DNA from: an uncultured Desulfosarcina sp.
GTDB taxonomy: Bacteria > Desulfobacterota > Desulfobacteria > Desulfobacterales > Desulfosarcinaceae
NCBI GenBank assembly: GCA_963674945.2
Contig: CAXXWQ010000003.1
Span: forward strand, 992,001 to 1,056,000
Reading direction: 5' to 3'
DNA: 64,000 nucleotides
Under the pieces are notes generated by a model. That model made no database searches, was not told the DNA's origin, and was given only the letters and a program-made list of their open reading frames with translations. The number at the start of each line of letters is the position of its first letter. Positions within the stretch are counted from its first letter, which is position 1. This document shows, one piece after another, positions 47,327 to 59,202 of the stretch. The position numbers were made by a program, and so were the translations under genes.

Positions 47327-48307
47327 TCAAGACAAGCCAGAAACCCTGGCGTTCGATTCATACCCTTTTAAAAGTTCTTCCGGAACCGCTGTGATCAGTT
47401 CTTCCATTGTCCAGGGATGATTATCTTTTTTGATTGTGTGGATCGGGGCGGGATCAGACCATATGGTTATCCTTCCGGAGGCGGTAATATCAAAAACGGC
47501 GCCACTGATAGTGGCCGCCTCCTCGGTGGCCAGATAGGCTAAAAATGGCGCCAGGTTCTCAGCAGGGCCGTGATCCTCTTCAACCTTCCTGACCCTTTCT
47601 TCATCGATCGTAACACCGGCGTTGCTCAGTTTCTTTATCATCGACTTAAATTCTACAAAATGGCCCGGGGAGGCCGCCTGGGGGCAAATCGTGTTGACGG
47701 TGACACCGGTGGGATATAAATCCTTGGCCGCCGCCTTGCTCAAACCGACAATCCCGGCATTTGCCGCGCTATAGGCGAAGAGTCCCGGCAACCCGATGAA
47801 CGCCATAGATGAGATATTGATGACGCGTCCAAATTTTTGCTCAATCATGAATGGAACCGCGTGGTGCATACAATTGTATGCGCCTTTCATCTTTGGAATC
47901 GTCTGGTAGTCCCAATCCGCTTCGGTAGTGTCCGTCAACATGCCAGTTCCCAATCCAGCAGCGTTGTTGACCAGAATATCAACCCTTCCGTATGTATTTA
48001 TCGCTTTTTGAATCATCTGACCTGCGGTGTCGTAGTCAGCGACATTTCCAAAAAAAGGGACGGCTTCACCGCCTTCCTCTTTTATTTGTTGCGCAGTACC
48101 CTCAGCGTCTCCTCGCATGGAAAGATATTTTTTATTTTCCTCTTCGCTTAAATTCGGGTCTAATACTATGTTCTTTTTGTCAAGTGGTTTACGATTGTTG
48201 GTCACCACCTTCGCTCCCTCGCGAGCCATACCGATGGCGATCCCTCTACCGATTCCTTGTCCGGATCCTGTGACCACTGCTACTTTTCCTTCGAGTTTTT
48301 TACTCAT
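47327..48307 (-). CDS. Short-chain dehydrogenase/reductase
   Basis: TGSGQGIG and NNA motifs; YxxxN variant (YSAAN) of the catalytic motif. Confidence 0.9.
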   Translation of the reverse strand: MSKKLEGKVAVVTGSGQGIGRGIAIGMAREGAKVVTNNRKPLDKKNIVLDPNLSEEENKKYLSMRGDAEGTAQQIKEEGGEAVPFFGNVADYDTAGQMIQKAINTYGRVDILVNNAAGLGTGMLTDTTEADWDYQTIPKMKGAYNCMHHAVPFMIEQKFGRVINISSMAFIGLPGLFAYSAANAGIVGLSKAAAKDLYPTGVTVNTICPQAASPGHFVEFKSMIKKLSNAGVTIDEERVRKVEEDHGPAENLAPFLAYLATEEAATISGAVFDITASGRITIWSDPAPIHTIKKDNHPWTMEELITAVPEELLKGYESNARVSGLS

Positions 48308-48332
48308 AATTATCCCTTATTAAATATACCGC

Positions 48333-49262
48333 CTATACTGAGTCGCCAAGGCTGGTGGTGAATTTAAGAATTTTCCCCATATGGAGGACCTCAAATTCCA
48401 TGACACCGGCAATTAGAGGTAATTTATTTGATAAAAAATCATATAAATCGCCATTGTCTTGAAACATTGTCCTAAAGTAGATATGCCAATGTCCCGTAAT
48501 CAGACTTACATACATCGCCATATTTTGTTCTAATAACTCATTGGCCGCGAGGTGGATTGTGTCTGGTTTGGACTTTATCAGTACAGCAACCCCAGTTTTA
48601 TAACCCAGCACAGTTTGATCAATGGAAGTAAAAAGTTTGATGACTCCATCGTCCAATAGTCTTTCTAAATTTACTTTCGCTGTAGTATTACTGCAGCCAA
48701 CCGTTTGGGCCAGTCTCGTTATGGTTTGTCTTGGGTCCTGCTGCATTGCCTTGATGATTGATTGATCAAGCGTGCTGGGAACATATATGGTATTTTCGAG
48801 GGTAGTTGCCGGTTTTGGTATGGAATGTTTCTGGGACTTCGCCACCCACTGATAGCAGTGCATGATTTCGACATCTGTAATATCAGGAATGTTCGCCAAA
48901 CCTTCTGACATGAAGTCTCCCAAGACAAAAGAATCCTTAAGGTATGCCCATGCAAGAATGTTAAATCGGCCTGCGGATAGAAAAACGGACTTGATCTCCT
49001 GCAAGTACGCCAATTGTTTTGCTACGACTTCAGCCTCTCCCGGGGTAACCTTAATTCCCATCAGAAGCGGGAAATGATTGCCCCTATGGCCTTCGTCACT
49101 CACACAGTATATCTTTAGAATGCCGTTATCGATCAGCCTCTGCATGCGGTAACGGGCTGCCGATCTTGTCATTCCAATTCTTCGGGCAAGCGCTCGAACC
49201 GGTTGCCGGGCATCCTTGTTTAGCTCCTCAATAAGTCTTAGATCAGTCTCATCGAGCGACAT
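48333..49262 (-). CDS. Tandem (double) Lrp/AsnC regulator
   Basis: Two HTH + AsnC ligand domains (LDETD..DARQ; LDQ..DPRQ). Confidence 0.88.
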   Translation of the reverse strand: MSLDETDLRLIEELNKDARQPVRALARRIGMTRSAARYRMQRLIDNGILKIYCVSDEGHRGNHFPLLMGIKVTPGEAEVVAKQLAYLQEIKSVFLSAGRFNILAWAYLKDSFVLGDFMSEGLANIPDITDVEIMHCYQWVAKSQKHSIPKPATTLENTIYVPSTLDQSIIKAMQQDPRQTITRLAQTVGCSNTTAKVNLERLLDDGVIKLFTSIDQTVLGYKTGVAVLIKSKPDTIHLAANELLEQNMAMYVSLITGHWHIYFRTMFQDNGDLYDFLSNKLPLIAGVMEFEVLHMGKILKFTTSLGDSV

Positions 49263-49326
49263 CTATTGTTTCCTCTATCAAGTTAAATAAAAATAACTCA
49301 CATAACCTTGTACACTCTTTTTTTCA

Positions 49327-50622
49327 TTAAAAACTTAAATTAAAACCCACTGCGAATGTATTAGAATCTGCCTCTATTTTTTGTTGAGATCCAATGGGAC
49401 TATGATTGTTTACAGCCGACACAACCAAACTGTGATGAAAAGCGAGTGTCACATTGAGTGTTGGCTTGATGTAATAGGTCGCACCTATCCCAAGACTTTT
49501 TGAATCAAGTTTATTATCCAAGTCAGATTGCAATTCATCCGGCAAACCTTTTTTTGAATAAAGATATCCAATGCTGGCCAGCAATTTTTCCGGAATTACG
49601 TTGTACTCCAGTCCAACGCCGGCCTCCCAGCCGTTCCCGATATTTTGTCCCTTTTCATCAGACCAGTCCGTTCCCTCGTTATAGTAGAAAATGAAACCGG
49701 TCTCGACTCTCCACCGTGGCGTAATATGATAAGACACGCCGAGTGCAATATCTTGAGGAATTGTTTTATCCGCTTTTGTTCCATCTACATCCGTAAAAGT
49801 GCCATAGAGATCCTTGCCATCATTAATTTCTTGTTCCAACTCCATCTTGGTATAGTACGAATACCGAAAACCGATATTCAGCCCTTCCGATGGTGCGATA
49901 TTCGCTCCGACGATAAACCCATAGCAGCCACCGGATAGACTCATATCCAGTTCTTCGGTAGGCTGCTGCACACCATTGAGAAATGGCGTTACCTTCGCAT
50001 CACTACCGCCGATGGTGTGGACATATCGCAATTGCCCCGCAATGGAGAGCATGTCGTTTACGGCATATGCTGCGCCTATCGAAAAACCGGCTCCAAAAAA
50101 ATAACCACCGAATTCCGATGTAACATCTACGTCCTCTATGGGAATTCCTTGCTCTAATGCCGGCAGAATCGCGCCCAACATAACTCCCATATAATCGGAA
50201 AAAGGAAGTCCATCATCATGAGATCCGGCACCGCCGCCGGTCATGATATCAAAACCGAACATGTAGGCCATTTTTTCTTTTTTATACGCCACATGCAAAT
50301 TCGGAAATATCGGCGTAAAAATATAGGAATTATAATTATCATGAGGCAGCTCCGGCGTTGAATCCTTGAAATTTAGCCAACTGTAAAAAGACTGGTTGCT
50401 AAATCCAATATGTGTGCCGTCTTTCATCCTCACAACCCCAGCAGGGTTATAAAAAACAGCATCAACGTCGGTCGATGCATATCTATTTAGTGTTCTGATC
50501 CATTCAGGACTTTGGTTAGGGTTTGAAATGAGGCCGCCGGGCCCCGCACCTGCAAATAGTTTTGTTGTAAAAAACAATGTCATTGCCACAAGGGCCACTG
50601 GCAATAAAATCTTTTTTACCAT
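49327..50622 (-). CDS. FadL/OmpP1-family outer-membrane hydrophobic-compound transporter
   Basis: Signal peptide; RYASTDVDAVFYNPAG motif; C-terminal Phe. Confidence 0.85.
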   Translation of the reverse strand: MVKKILLPVALVAMTLFFTTKLFAGAGPGGLISNPNQSPEWIRTLNRYASTDVDAVFYNPAGVVRMKDGTHIGFSNQSFYSWLNFKDSTPELPHDNYNSYIFTPIFPNLHVAYKKEKMAYMFGFDIMTGGGAGSHDDGLPFSDYMGVMLGAILPALEQGIPIEDVDVTSEFGGYFFGAGFSIGAAYAVNDMLSIAGQLRYVHTIGGSDAKVTPFLNGVQQPTEELDMSLSGGCYGFIVGANIAPSEGLNIGFRYSYYTKMELEQEINDGKDLYGTFTDVDGTKADKTIPQDIALGVSYHITPRWRVETGFIFYYNEGTDWSDEKGQNIGNGWEAGVGLEYNVIPEKLLASIGYLYSKKGLPDELQSDLDNKLDSKSLGIGATYYIKPTLNVTLAFHHSLVVSAVNNHSPIGSQQKIEADSNTFAVGFNLSF

Positions 50623-51537
50623 TCGAATTCTCCTTCGATATCAATTTCAGATTTCCTTTGGCTTGAATGGACTTCATTGCCAATTTTTCTGGCCTCGAAA
50701 AATCCCACCCTGTCTCGCCGGTACCCTGTCCTTGGATAGGAAAGGAACCAATATCGTAATAGGACCCGAAACAAGGAACCTACGCTTTAAACAAAAAGCT
50801 AAAAGTCATATAGGCTATTTATTTTATTTAAGTCAACCTATTTATAAATATATTTGCCGTTCTGATTAATATTTTGGGTATAAAAATGCTATTATAAAGA
50901 CAATATCAATAAAAACGGCCGAACTGGGTAATTGAAAAAGGTGAAGTGCTAAAACTGGCAAGAGCGACCATCATGATAATCCGAATAATGCAACATTTGG
51001 CATCGCAAATCTTGTGTTTGTGGATAATCGGGGTAAATCATTGCCCCAGGAAGTGTTTTAAAAAGCAGCAACAGAGTTGAAGAAAAGCGACCGTCGCGAT
51101 GATAAAAGAGTGGCTGTCCAACTACAGTTGTCTGGTTGGCATTGAGCGCCTGAAACGAGCCGGAAATGATTGCCACGTCTATACCACATATCTTCAACCC
51201 GACAACGGTTTCCATAGGATGCCAATTCGTCCAGCCTTTCGGGTCCGCTGCATTAGTTCCGTACATTACTTTCTGAATTTGCTCTTCATCTGTCTTGAAG
51301 AAACGATTTTGTCCTTACATTCTACATGTTCTGATTCACAATCTTGGCAAAATAAATTTCCATTTGGAAGGATCTTTTACGTTTGCAGATAAGAGATATT
51401 TTAGCACCACATCTGGCCAATACGCTGTAAACAATTTAATATTAAAGTATTTTTTTCTTATTTGAAACGAAATCAATAATTGACATTTAACTTCATTGAG
51501 TCTACAGAATATTTCTATATGGAAAAAAAGGGATGAA

Positions 51538-52086
51538 ATGATGAAAAACAATCTGCAAGAAATATCATCTCCAGAATGGACCGCTCGTTTTATCGGTAAC
51601 TTCCGGAAGGTTGAGTTTCACCTCGCCAACTCAGGGATTCAAAAGAGCGAGGGGGCTAAAAGGATGTTGGAAAAATTTTTCATTAAGAGCAATAATCCTG
51701 GTCTGATTGCAGGCAGTCTCGCCTTCTATGCGATAGGCAATATTCTATTTAACCGGCCAAACATCAGCATGGGAGATCTGACGAAGGAGCTTTTACTACC
51801 GCCCGCAACCACCAATCGCCTGGTCGCCTGGTGGGTCGACAATGACTTGGCTGAACGATTATCTGATCCCAACGATAAGCGCGTCGTTCTGGTGAGAATG
51901 ACCGATCATGGTAAAAAATTTCATGAAATAACAGATAGAATCGCCGTCAGGAGAATGCAGTCTTATTTTGCTGAATTCACCTTTGCAGAGGTTGTTCTAT
52001 TAAATTTGCTATTGGAAAAGCTCTTGCTAAGGTTTGAAAATAGCCCAGTGGATTGGTTTGACGATAGCGAAGATGAACTTGCTTGA
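51538..52086 (+). CDS. MarR-family regulator
   Basis: ISMGDL..PATTNRLV and ERLSDPNDKRVVLVRMT motifs. Confidence 0.8.
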   Translation: MMKNNLQEISSPEWTARFIGNFRKVEFHLANSGIQKSEGAKRMLEKFFIKSNNPGLIAGSLAFYAIGNILFNRPNISMGDLTKELLLPPATTNRLVAWWVDNDLAERLSDPNDKRVVLVRMTDHGKKFHEITDRIAVRRMQSYFAEFTFAEVVLLNLLLEKLLLRFENSPVDWFDDSEDELA

Positions 52087-52173
52087 AAGCGAGATAGGCA
52101 GATGGAGGACCTTTGCTAAGTTGGATCAGATGATACCGGTAAAAAGCAATATCAGATTAAAGGAGGATAAGAT

Positions 52174-52911
52174 ATGGAATTAGGTACGAGTCGTAACTTT
52201 TTGGGTTTTGATGAGAATCTTCTTGCATACGTTGATTCATTTTCTTCACCCGAGCCCAAAGTGCTGGCCGAGCTTCGCCAGGAGACGCTTGATCATCCAT
52301 ATGCCATTTGTCAGGTGACCCACCGGCAGGGACTATTTTTGCAGCTTATGGTAAAGGCAACAAAAGCAAAACGAGTTTTGGACGTGGGGTCTTTCACCGG
52401 ATACAGCGCTCTGTGTATGGCGCTGGCAATACCGAAGGATGGATGGCTTGTCGGTATGGAAATCGATGAAAACAATGCCAAGATAGCGCGTAAGTATTGG
52501 GAAAAGGCCGGAGTGAGTGATAGGGCGGACATGCGTGTCGGTCCGGCAGCCGAAACCATGCAATCCTTACTGGATGAGGGACATGGCGAGACCTTCGACC
52601 TCCTGTTTATCGACGCTGATAAACCCGGCTATCCGAATTATTGGGAATTGGGAATGAAACTGGCTCGTCCAGGGGGAATGCTCATCTATGATAATACCCT
52701 CTTCTCCGGTTCGGTTGCGGTAAAAGGTGAAGAAGCAATGCGAGAAAAGTTAGCGAGAATCTGGCCGGAACAGATGCTTGATACCATGGTCAAGTTTGGA
52801 ACGCATACCCGTGAGTTCAATGAGAAAATTAGTAAAGATCATAGAGCAGACATCTTGATTCTCCCATTCGAAGATGGATTGACGATTGCTGTCAAAAAGC
52901 CCTTGGATTAA
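52174..52911 (+). CDS. SAM-dependent O-methyltransferase (caffeoyl-CoA OMT type)
   Basis: VLDVGSFTGYS, FIDADK, DNTL and DGLT motifs; AGGAGG RBS. Confidence 0.93.
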   Translation: MELGTSRNFLGFDENLLAYVDSFSSPEPKVLAELRQETLDHPYAICQVTHRQGLFLQLMVKATKAKRVLDVGSFTGYSALCMALAIPKDGWLVGMEIDENNAKIARKYWEKAGVSDRADMRVGPAAETMQSLLDEGHGETFDLLFIDADKPGYPNYWELGMKLARPGGMLIYDNTLFSGSVAVKGEEAMREKLARIWPEQMLDTMVKFGTHTREFNEKISKDHRADILILPFEDGLTIAVKKPLD

Positions 52912-52987
52912 TTAATTATTTGCACCCGACATCTTTGAATTAACCAACTTCACTTTTCGATCCAACAATGGGAAAGTCATTTTATGG

Positions 52988-53248
52988 ATGATTCGTCTAT
53001 TGGAAAGAATCGCAATCGAACCTAACAGTCATTTGGGGATGCCACCGCTTCAGGCGGTCGATCTGGTAGCTAAACTCGGGTGCCAGCACATCAGTATCTG
53101 GTTAAACTCGCCAGGGCCCATCAATCCATACAACTACCCGCAAAGCTCGCTCAGAGACGACGCCTCCCTCAGGCAAGATATGATCACTATGATGCGCGAT
53201 AGCCGATCTATCCCAAGCGACATCAGTTCCTACACCGATACAACATAA
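52988..53248 (+). pseudogene. Truncated sugar-phosphate isomerase/epimerase (TIM-barrel) N-terminus
   Basis: GMPPLQAVDLVAKLGCQHIS..NPYNYP..SLRDDASLR resembles the start of this family, then degenerates after about 70 aa. Confidence 0.55.
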
Positions 53249-53445
53249 CAATACCGAATCCCCATATCAAACCGAATACAGATACATCAGATGAGCACAA
53301 TTAAGCATGTTCGAAAATTCCCAGAGCTAAGTGGCTTATGCCAACTTGGTAGGGTCTGGTGATATCGGTTGATTTTTCAATTCGATATTATCAATTCTTT
53401 GCCTGTCTTTTGTTTGCCGATCCAGAACATGGGATAATTTTGAAA

Positions 53446-53600
53446 GGCAGGGGCTTGAAAACAGGCCATTGTGGTAATATTTTAATTTTACTGTTCTTTT
53501 GCGGCAAAAGCCGTTTCGCTTTACTTTCGATCCGCTCGAAAATACGCGATACGCCTTTCTTATTCCCCGCCTGTTTTGGCTCATCTTCAATGCCCCAGCC
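53446..53600. repeat. Imperfect terminal-inverted-repeat element (MITE-like)
   Basis: GGCAGGGGCTTGAAAACAGGCCA ... TGGCTCATCTTCAATGCCCCAGCC. Confidence 0.45.
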
Positions 53601-53757
53601 GCATTATTTCAGTGTTTCACGCTATTTACGGATTTGGTCATCGTCGACCGTCATTTAGACGTTCTCTCGTCGGCGAGTGGCTTAATGAAAAACCATTGAT
53701 CAGGAAACGCGCCGATGATCGCGCCCTGTGATGTTTCGAACCACGAGGAGGCGTACC

Positions 53758-54273
53758 ATGAATACCACCAATCATAAAACCGGAAAATATGGAATCACGA
53801 TTGCCACCGTTTTGCTGACCACCCTGTTCATGACGATCCTGGCCATGGCCGGTGATTACCCGGCCCTGCAAAACGTCAAGAAGGTAAAAACCGTATTTGA
53901 CGTGAGCCAGGGTTCTCCACAGCTTGCCAACATCGTCTTCTGGGCCGTTAAGAATGTATACGAGGACCCGAGTGTCCGCTCTCTACCGGAGCCACCGCAA
54001 ATTGCAGTTGTGTTTCACGGCCCGGCTGTTAAAATGATCTCGACGGATCGAAAGGATTTCAAAGCAAAAGATGCCAACGCACTGGATGATTTTGCCAAAA
54101 CCATCCGACAGATGAAAGCGGACGGTGTAAAGATCGAGGCGTGTGACTACGCAATGAAGGTGTTGAATGTGGATCCGGCAACGATACTGCCGGAAGTGGA
54201 TCGCGTTGACAACGGATTCATCTCCATCGCCGGGTATCAGGCGCAGGGGTACTCGTTGATCACCATCAATTAG
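53758..54273 (+). CDS. Exported DsrE-family protein
   Basis: GAGGAGG RBS; signal peptide; VFD, VVFHGPA, EAC and GYQAQGY motifs. Confidence 0.85.
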   Translation: MNTTNHKTGKYGITIATVLLTTLFMTILAMAGDYPALQNVKKVKTVFDVSQGSPQLANIVFWAVKNVYEDPSVRSLPEPPQIAVVFHGPAVKMISTDRKDFKAKDANALDDFAKTIRQMKADGVKIEACDYAMKVLNVDPATILPEVDRVDNGFISIAGYQAQGYSLITIN

Positions 54274-54315
54274 TCTGGATATAATTGATCACCTTGGGAA
54301 CATGGCGAATGGGGA

Positions 54316-55512
54316 GTGAAAGCGGAAGTGGCAGACAAGGAGCGCAAAAGATCATCGCGTAGGAGAATCATCGTTCGATTGCTGGTGCTGTTGGTGCTTG
54401 CCGCCACTGCAATCTGGGCCTTTCGATACCTTACGAGGCCCGAACCGGTTGCGGTGGCAGTCAAGCCCGTAACCCGGGGAAAGGTCGAACGCACGGTGGC
54501 CAACACCCGGGCCGGCACGGTGAAGGCGTGCCGGCGGGCAAAACTTTCTCCCAGTATCGGCGGGCAGATTGCATCGCTTCCGGTTCAAGAGGGAGACAGG
54601 GTCAAATCCGGACAACTGTTGCTGGAACTGTGGAACAAGGATCTCGTGGCCCAGATGCAGCTGGCCGAGCGTGAAGTGACCGCCGCCCGTTCCCACGCCC
54701 GATCCGTTTGCGCCCGCTCCCGTATCGCTGCGAAAAACGCCCAACGCTTCTCCTCCCTTCTCGAGTCCAAGGTGGGAACCATCGAGCAGACGGAAAATGC
54801 CATCGCCGAGGCAGATGCATTGGCGGCCGAATGTGAAGGGGCCCAAAATGCCGTCGGCGTCCGCGAGGCGCAATTGGCGGTGGCCACGGCAACATTGGCC
54901 CGTACACGTCTGACCGCCCCTTTCGATGGGGTAATCGGCGAGATCAACGGAGAACGATTCGAGTTCGTCACCCCCTCTCCCCTGGGCGTACCCACACCAC
55001 CGGTGATCGATATCATCGCCTCGGGTTGCTACTATGTCATCGCTCCCATCGACGAGGTGGATGTCGCCGGCATCCGCATCGGTATGCCGGCGCGCATCAC
55101 CATGGACGCCTACCGCGATCGGATCTTTTCGGGACGGGTGCGCCGCGTGGCCGACTATGTCCTGGACGCGGAAAAACAGGCCCGCACCGTGGATGTTGAA
55201 GTAGATTTTTGCCGGCCCGAGGATTACAAGGCGCTTTTGGCCGGCTACAGTGCGGACATCGAGGTGATTCTGGACGCCCGCGCCCAGGTGCTGCGGGTGC
55301 CCACCGAAGCGGTAACGACGGACCTTCATGTTTTCGTCTTTTCGCCGGTAAACGGCAGCGTCAGCAGGCGACAGATTCGAACGGGCCTTTCCAACTGGGA
55401 CTTCACAGAAGTAACAGAGGGACTTGCACAGGACGCGTTGGTGGTGGTCAACATCGATGCGCCCGACTTGAAAGATGGTGCTGCGGCGATTCTTATCGAG
55501 GACACCCCATGA
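54316..55512 (+). CDS. Efflux periplasmic adaptor (MacA/HlyD family)
   Basis: N-terminal TM; GDRVKSGQLL, LTAPFDG and IDEVD motifs. Confidence 0.92.
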   Translation: MKAEVADKERKRSSRRRIIVRLLVLLVLAATAIWAFRYLTRPEPVAVAVKPVTRGKVERTVANTRAGTVKACRRAKLSPSIGGQIASLPVQEGDRVKSGQLLLELWNKDLVAQMQLAEREVTAARSHARSVCARSRIAAKNAQRFSSLLESKVGTIEQTENAIAEADALAAECEGAQNAVGVREAQLAVATATLARTRLTAPFDGVIGEINGERFEFVTPSPLGVPTPPVIDIIASGCYYVIAPIDEVDVAGIRIGMPARITMDAYRDRIFSGRVRRVADYVLDAEKQARTVDVEVDFCRPEDYKALLAGYSADIEVILDARAQVLRVPTEAVTTDLHVFVFSPVNGSVSRRQIRTGLSNWDFTEVTEGLAQDALVVVNIDAPDLKDGAAAILIEDTP

Positions 55513-55514
55513 TT

Positions 55515-55639
55515 GACGGCTTCGTAAAAAGTCCGATATCTGCGTTGCGCTTCACCCCTCGTCACTGCGACGTATCCAACCATACGCCTCCTTCCTCGGG
55601 GCGCGCAATCCTTGATCTCGGGCTTTTTTCGAAGCCGTC
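55515..55639. repeat. 125-bp MITE-like element, copy 2 (intra-operon)
   Basis: TIRs GACGGCTTCGTAAAAAG / CTTTTTTCGAAGCCGTC; aligns with 26101-26225. Confidence 0.85.
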
Positions 55640-55666
55640 TGAAGTCCGACATTTTGCGAGTTCGTT

Positions 55667-56343
<677 letters not shown>

Positions 56344-56347
<4 letters not shown>

Positions 56348-57549
56348 AAAACACAGATACGTTCCGATTTTGTTATGGTGCCTTGACCGGCTACCCCTTG
56401 CGTTCCGGATTGATGGTGCTCGCCATGGCCATCGGCGTGAGTGCCGTGGTACTCCTCTCCACCCTGGGCGAGGCAACCCGCCATTACGTGAGCGGTCAGT
56501 TCAGCACATTGGGCACCCATTTGTTGATCGTCTTGCCGGGCCGCTCGGAAACCGTCGGTGGCCCGCCGCCAATGATGGGGCAAACCCCACGGGACCTTAC
56601 CCTGGCCGATGCCATGGCCTTGTGGCGAATCTCCGCCGTTCGCCGTGTGGCTCCCGTGGTGGTCGGCTCTGCACCCGTTTCCGTCGGCAACCGTCAAAGA
56701 GAGATCATCATCATCGGTTCGACCTCGGAGTATCTACCCATTCGCAATCTTGATCTTGCGTCAGGGCGGTTTCTTCCCGGTGGCGACATCACCCGCGCCG
56801 AGGCGGTATGCGTACTCGGGGGTACTGCGAAAAAGGAGCTTTTCGGCACCCACTCGCCCCTGGGCCGTTTCGTTCGCATCGGCCAACGCCGTTTCAAGGT
56901 GATCGGCACCCTGGCCGAAAAGGGACAATCATTGGGCGTGGACATCGGTGACATCGCCATCATCCCCGTTGCCTCGGCAGCGGCCATGTTCAACACCGAG
57001 ACCCTGTTCCGAATCGTGGTCCAGGCACGGAACCGTGATGCCATACCCCGCGCCCAAAAAGATATCTCGCGCATCATCAAAGACCGTCATGATGGGGAGG
57101 ACGATGTCACCGTGGTGACCCAGGGTGCCCTGCTGGCCACATTCGACCGAATCCTGCGCACACTTACAATGGCTGTGGCCGGTATTGCGGCCATCAGCCT
57201 GGCCGTGGCCGGCATCCTGATCATGAATGTCATGCTTGTGGCCATCTCCCAGCGGACGGCCGAAATCGGCCTGCTCAAGGCCGTGGGTGCCACCGGCCGA
57301 CAGGTATTGACCTTGTTTCTCGTTGAATCGGCGCTGCTCTCTCTGGCCGGCACGCTCTTTGGTTTGATGGTAACGGTGTTGGGCATTCTGGTACTGCAAC
57401 GGTTCTTTCCCCAACTTCCCATGGTGGTGCCCCTGTGGTCGCCGACGGCAGCCACCGCCATGGCCCTGGCGACCGGCATCCTCTTCGGCATCCTCCCGGC
57501 AAGAAGGGCGGCGCGCCTGGACCCGGTGGTGGCACTGGCGGACCGGTAG
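56344..57549 (+). CDS. ABC permease (MacB/FtsX type)
   Basis: AIGVSAVV, IMNVML..QRTAEIG and PARRAARLDP motifs. Confidence 0.93.
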
Positions 57550-57606
57550 GGGACTGTTTGCTTAAGAGGCTTAAAACCGAATGAAAAACAAGAACCATAG
57601 GGATAT

Positions 57607-57791
57607 AAACGCCGAACATCGAACTTCCAACATCGAACATCGAATAAGGAATTCTATCCTTTCTTAAAATGAAACCCAATTCTCTTATCATGCCTTGAAA
57701 TGGCGAAAGTACTATTTAATGAAAAAGATGGAGCGAAGCGATCGCATCATTCAAAGTTGGACGTTCGATGTTCGATGTTTGACGTTTAAAA
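57607..57791. repeat. Complete heptamer-arm palindromic element (AACATCG arms)
   Basis: Left arm (AACATCG)n, right arm (GATGTTC)n, internal GATGGAGCGAAGCGA. Confidence 0.85.
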
Positions 57792-57804
57792 GTGTGATCT
57801 CATC

Positions 57805-59004
57805 ATGCTAATCCGTGACGGCATCCATCTTGCCCTGGGCGCGCTGATCGGCCAGCGGCTGCGAACCATTCTCACCATTATCGGCATCGCCGTGGGAATT
57901 GCCGCCGTCGTTCTACTCACCTCCCTGGGTGAAGGCGTCCACAGGTTCGTGCTGGGAGAATTCTCCCAATTCGGTACCAACCTGATCGCCGTCACCCCCG
58001 GGAAAACCTCCACCACCGGGATGTCCGGTGCGGTAATCAGCAACGTCCGCCCGCTCACCATAGAGGATGCCGAAGCTCTGTCGACGATTCCCCGTGTCCT
58101 TGCCACCGTGCCGGTGGTCCAGGGCAATGGCGCCGTGGAGTTCGGACGACGCAGCCGACGCACCTACGTATTCGGGGTAAATGCCGACATGCCCAGGGTA
58201 TGGCAAACGCCCGTGGCACAGGGACGTTTCTTGCCCGATGATCCAGCTGGAAGTGGCAGGGCCCTTGCCGTATTGGGCAGCACGGTAAGCCGGGAATTGT
58301 TCGGTGATGACAATCCCTTGGGCCGTCGCATCCGGATCGGTGGGGAGCGGTACCGTACCATCGGTGTCATGGCCGCAAAGGGACAGATGCTGGGGTTCGA
58401 CCTGGACGACGCCGTCTACATTCCCGCCTCTCGGGCCCTGGCCATGTTCAACCGGGAAAGCCTCATGGAAATCGACATCCTCTTTGCCACCGGCAGTTCT
58501 GCCGATCGCATTGCGGCGGCCATCCGTGAGAAATTGATTGACCGTCACGGCAGTGAAGATTTCACCGTCGTTACACAGACCCAGATGTTGGACGTACTGG
58601 GTTCGATCCTGGGAGTTCTGACGCTCGCAGTGGGTGCCATCGGCGGCATTTCCCTCGTGGTGGGTGGTGTTGGTATCGCCACCATCATGACCATCGCCGT
58701 CCGCCAGCGCCGTTCGGAAATTGGTTTGCTTCGGGCGCTGGGCACCTCGCGGCGCTGGATTCTTGTTCTCTTCGCCATGGAGGCGACCCTGATGGGTGCC
58801 ATCGGCGGCGTTGCCGGGGTGGTCATGGGTGGCCTCGGGGCCTGGCTGCTGGAAATCATCGTACCCAACCTGCCGACGCACACCCCCGTCTCCTATGTGA
58901 TACTGGCGCTGAGCATTGCTTCGGTGATCGGCCTCCTATCCGGCATCCTGCCCGCTCGGCACGCCGCCCGAATGGATCCCATCGAGGCACTGCGTGCGGA
59001 ATGA
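57805..59004 (+). CDS. ABC permease (MacB/FtsX type)
   Basis: GIAVGIAAVV, RSEIG and PARHAARMDP motifs. Confidence 0.93.
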   Translation: MLIRDGIHLALGALIGQRLRTILTIIGIAVGIAAVVLLTSLGEGVHRFVLGEFSQFGTNLIAVTPGKTSTTGMSGAVISNVRPLTIEDAEALSTIPRVLATVPVVQGNGAVEFGRRSRRTYVFGVNADMPRVWQTPVAQGRFLPDDPAGSGRALAVLGSTVSRELFGDDNPLGRRIRIGGERYRTIGVMAAKGQMLGFDLDDAVYIPASRALAMFNRESLMEIDILFATGSSADRIAAAIREKLIDRHGSEDFTVVTQTQMLDVLGSILGVLTLAVGAIGGISLVVGGVGIATIMTIAVRQRRSEIGLLRALGTSRRWILVLFAMEATLMGAIGGVAGVVMGGLGAWLLEIIVPNLPTHTPVSYVILALSIASVIGLLSGILPARHAARMDPIEALRAE

Positions 59005-59142
59005 CTCTTTCGAAACAGCCATAATATTTATGTAAAAGTTTTCCTAACTTCCCATCTTCTGATTCAATACAAATCGACAGACCCTCTCCGAAAATAGTTA
59101 ATATTTCCTTATTTTACAATTCCTTATACACACTCCAGCGAG

Positions 59143-59160
59143 TTGGCCCGATTCTTGATA
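59143..59160 (+). promoter_or_regulatory. Possible sigma-54 promoter variant
   Basis: TTGGCCCGATTCTTGAT (GG-N10-GA; -12 box imperfect). Confidence 0.35.
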
Positions 59161-59202
59161 TTCGCCTCGGGTAGAGAGAAACAACCATTCATAGAGAAAG
59201 AA

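Noticed and set aside
50949..51400. ORFs between FadL and MarR
   Set aside because: AT-rich with no identifiable homology; probably intergenic or decayed sequence.
57607..57791. Heptamer repeats as a CRISPR array
   Set aside because: No constant 25-40 bp repeats with unique spacers and no cas genes.
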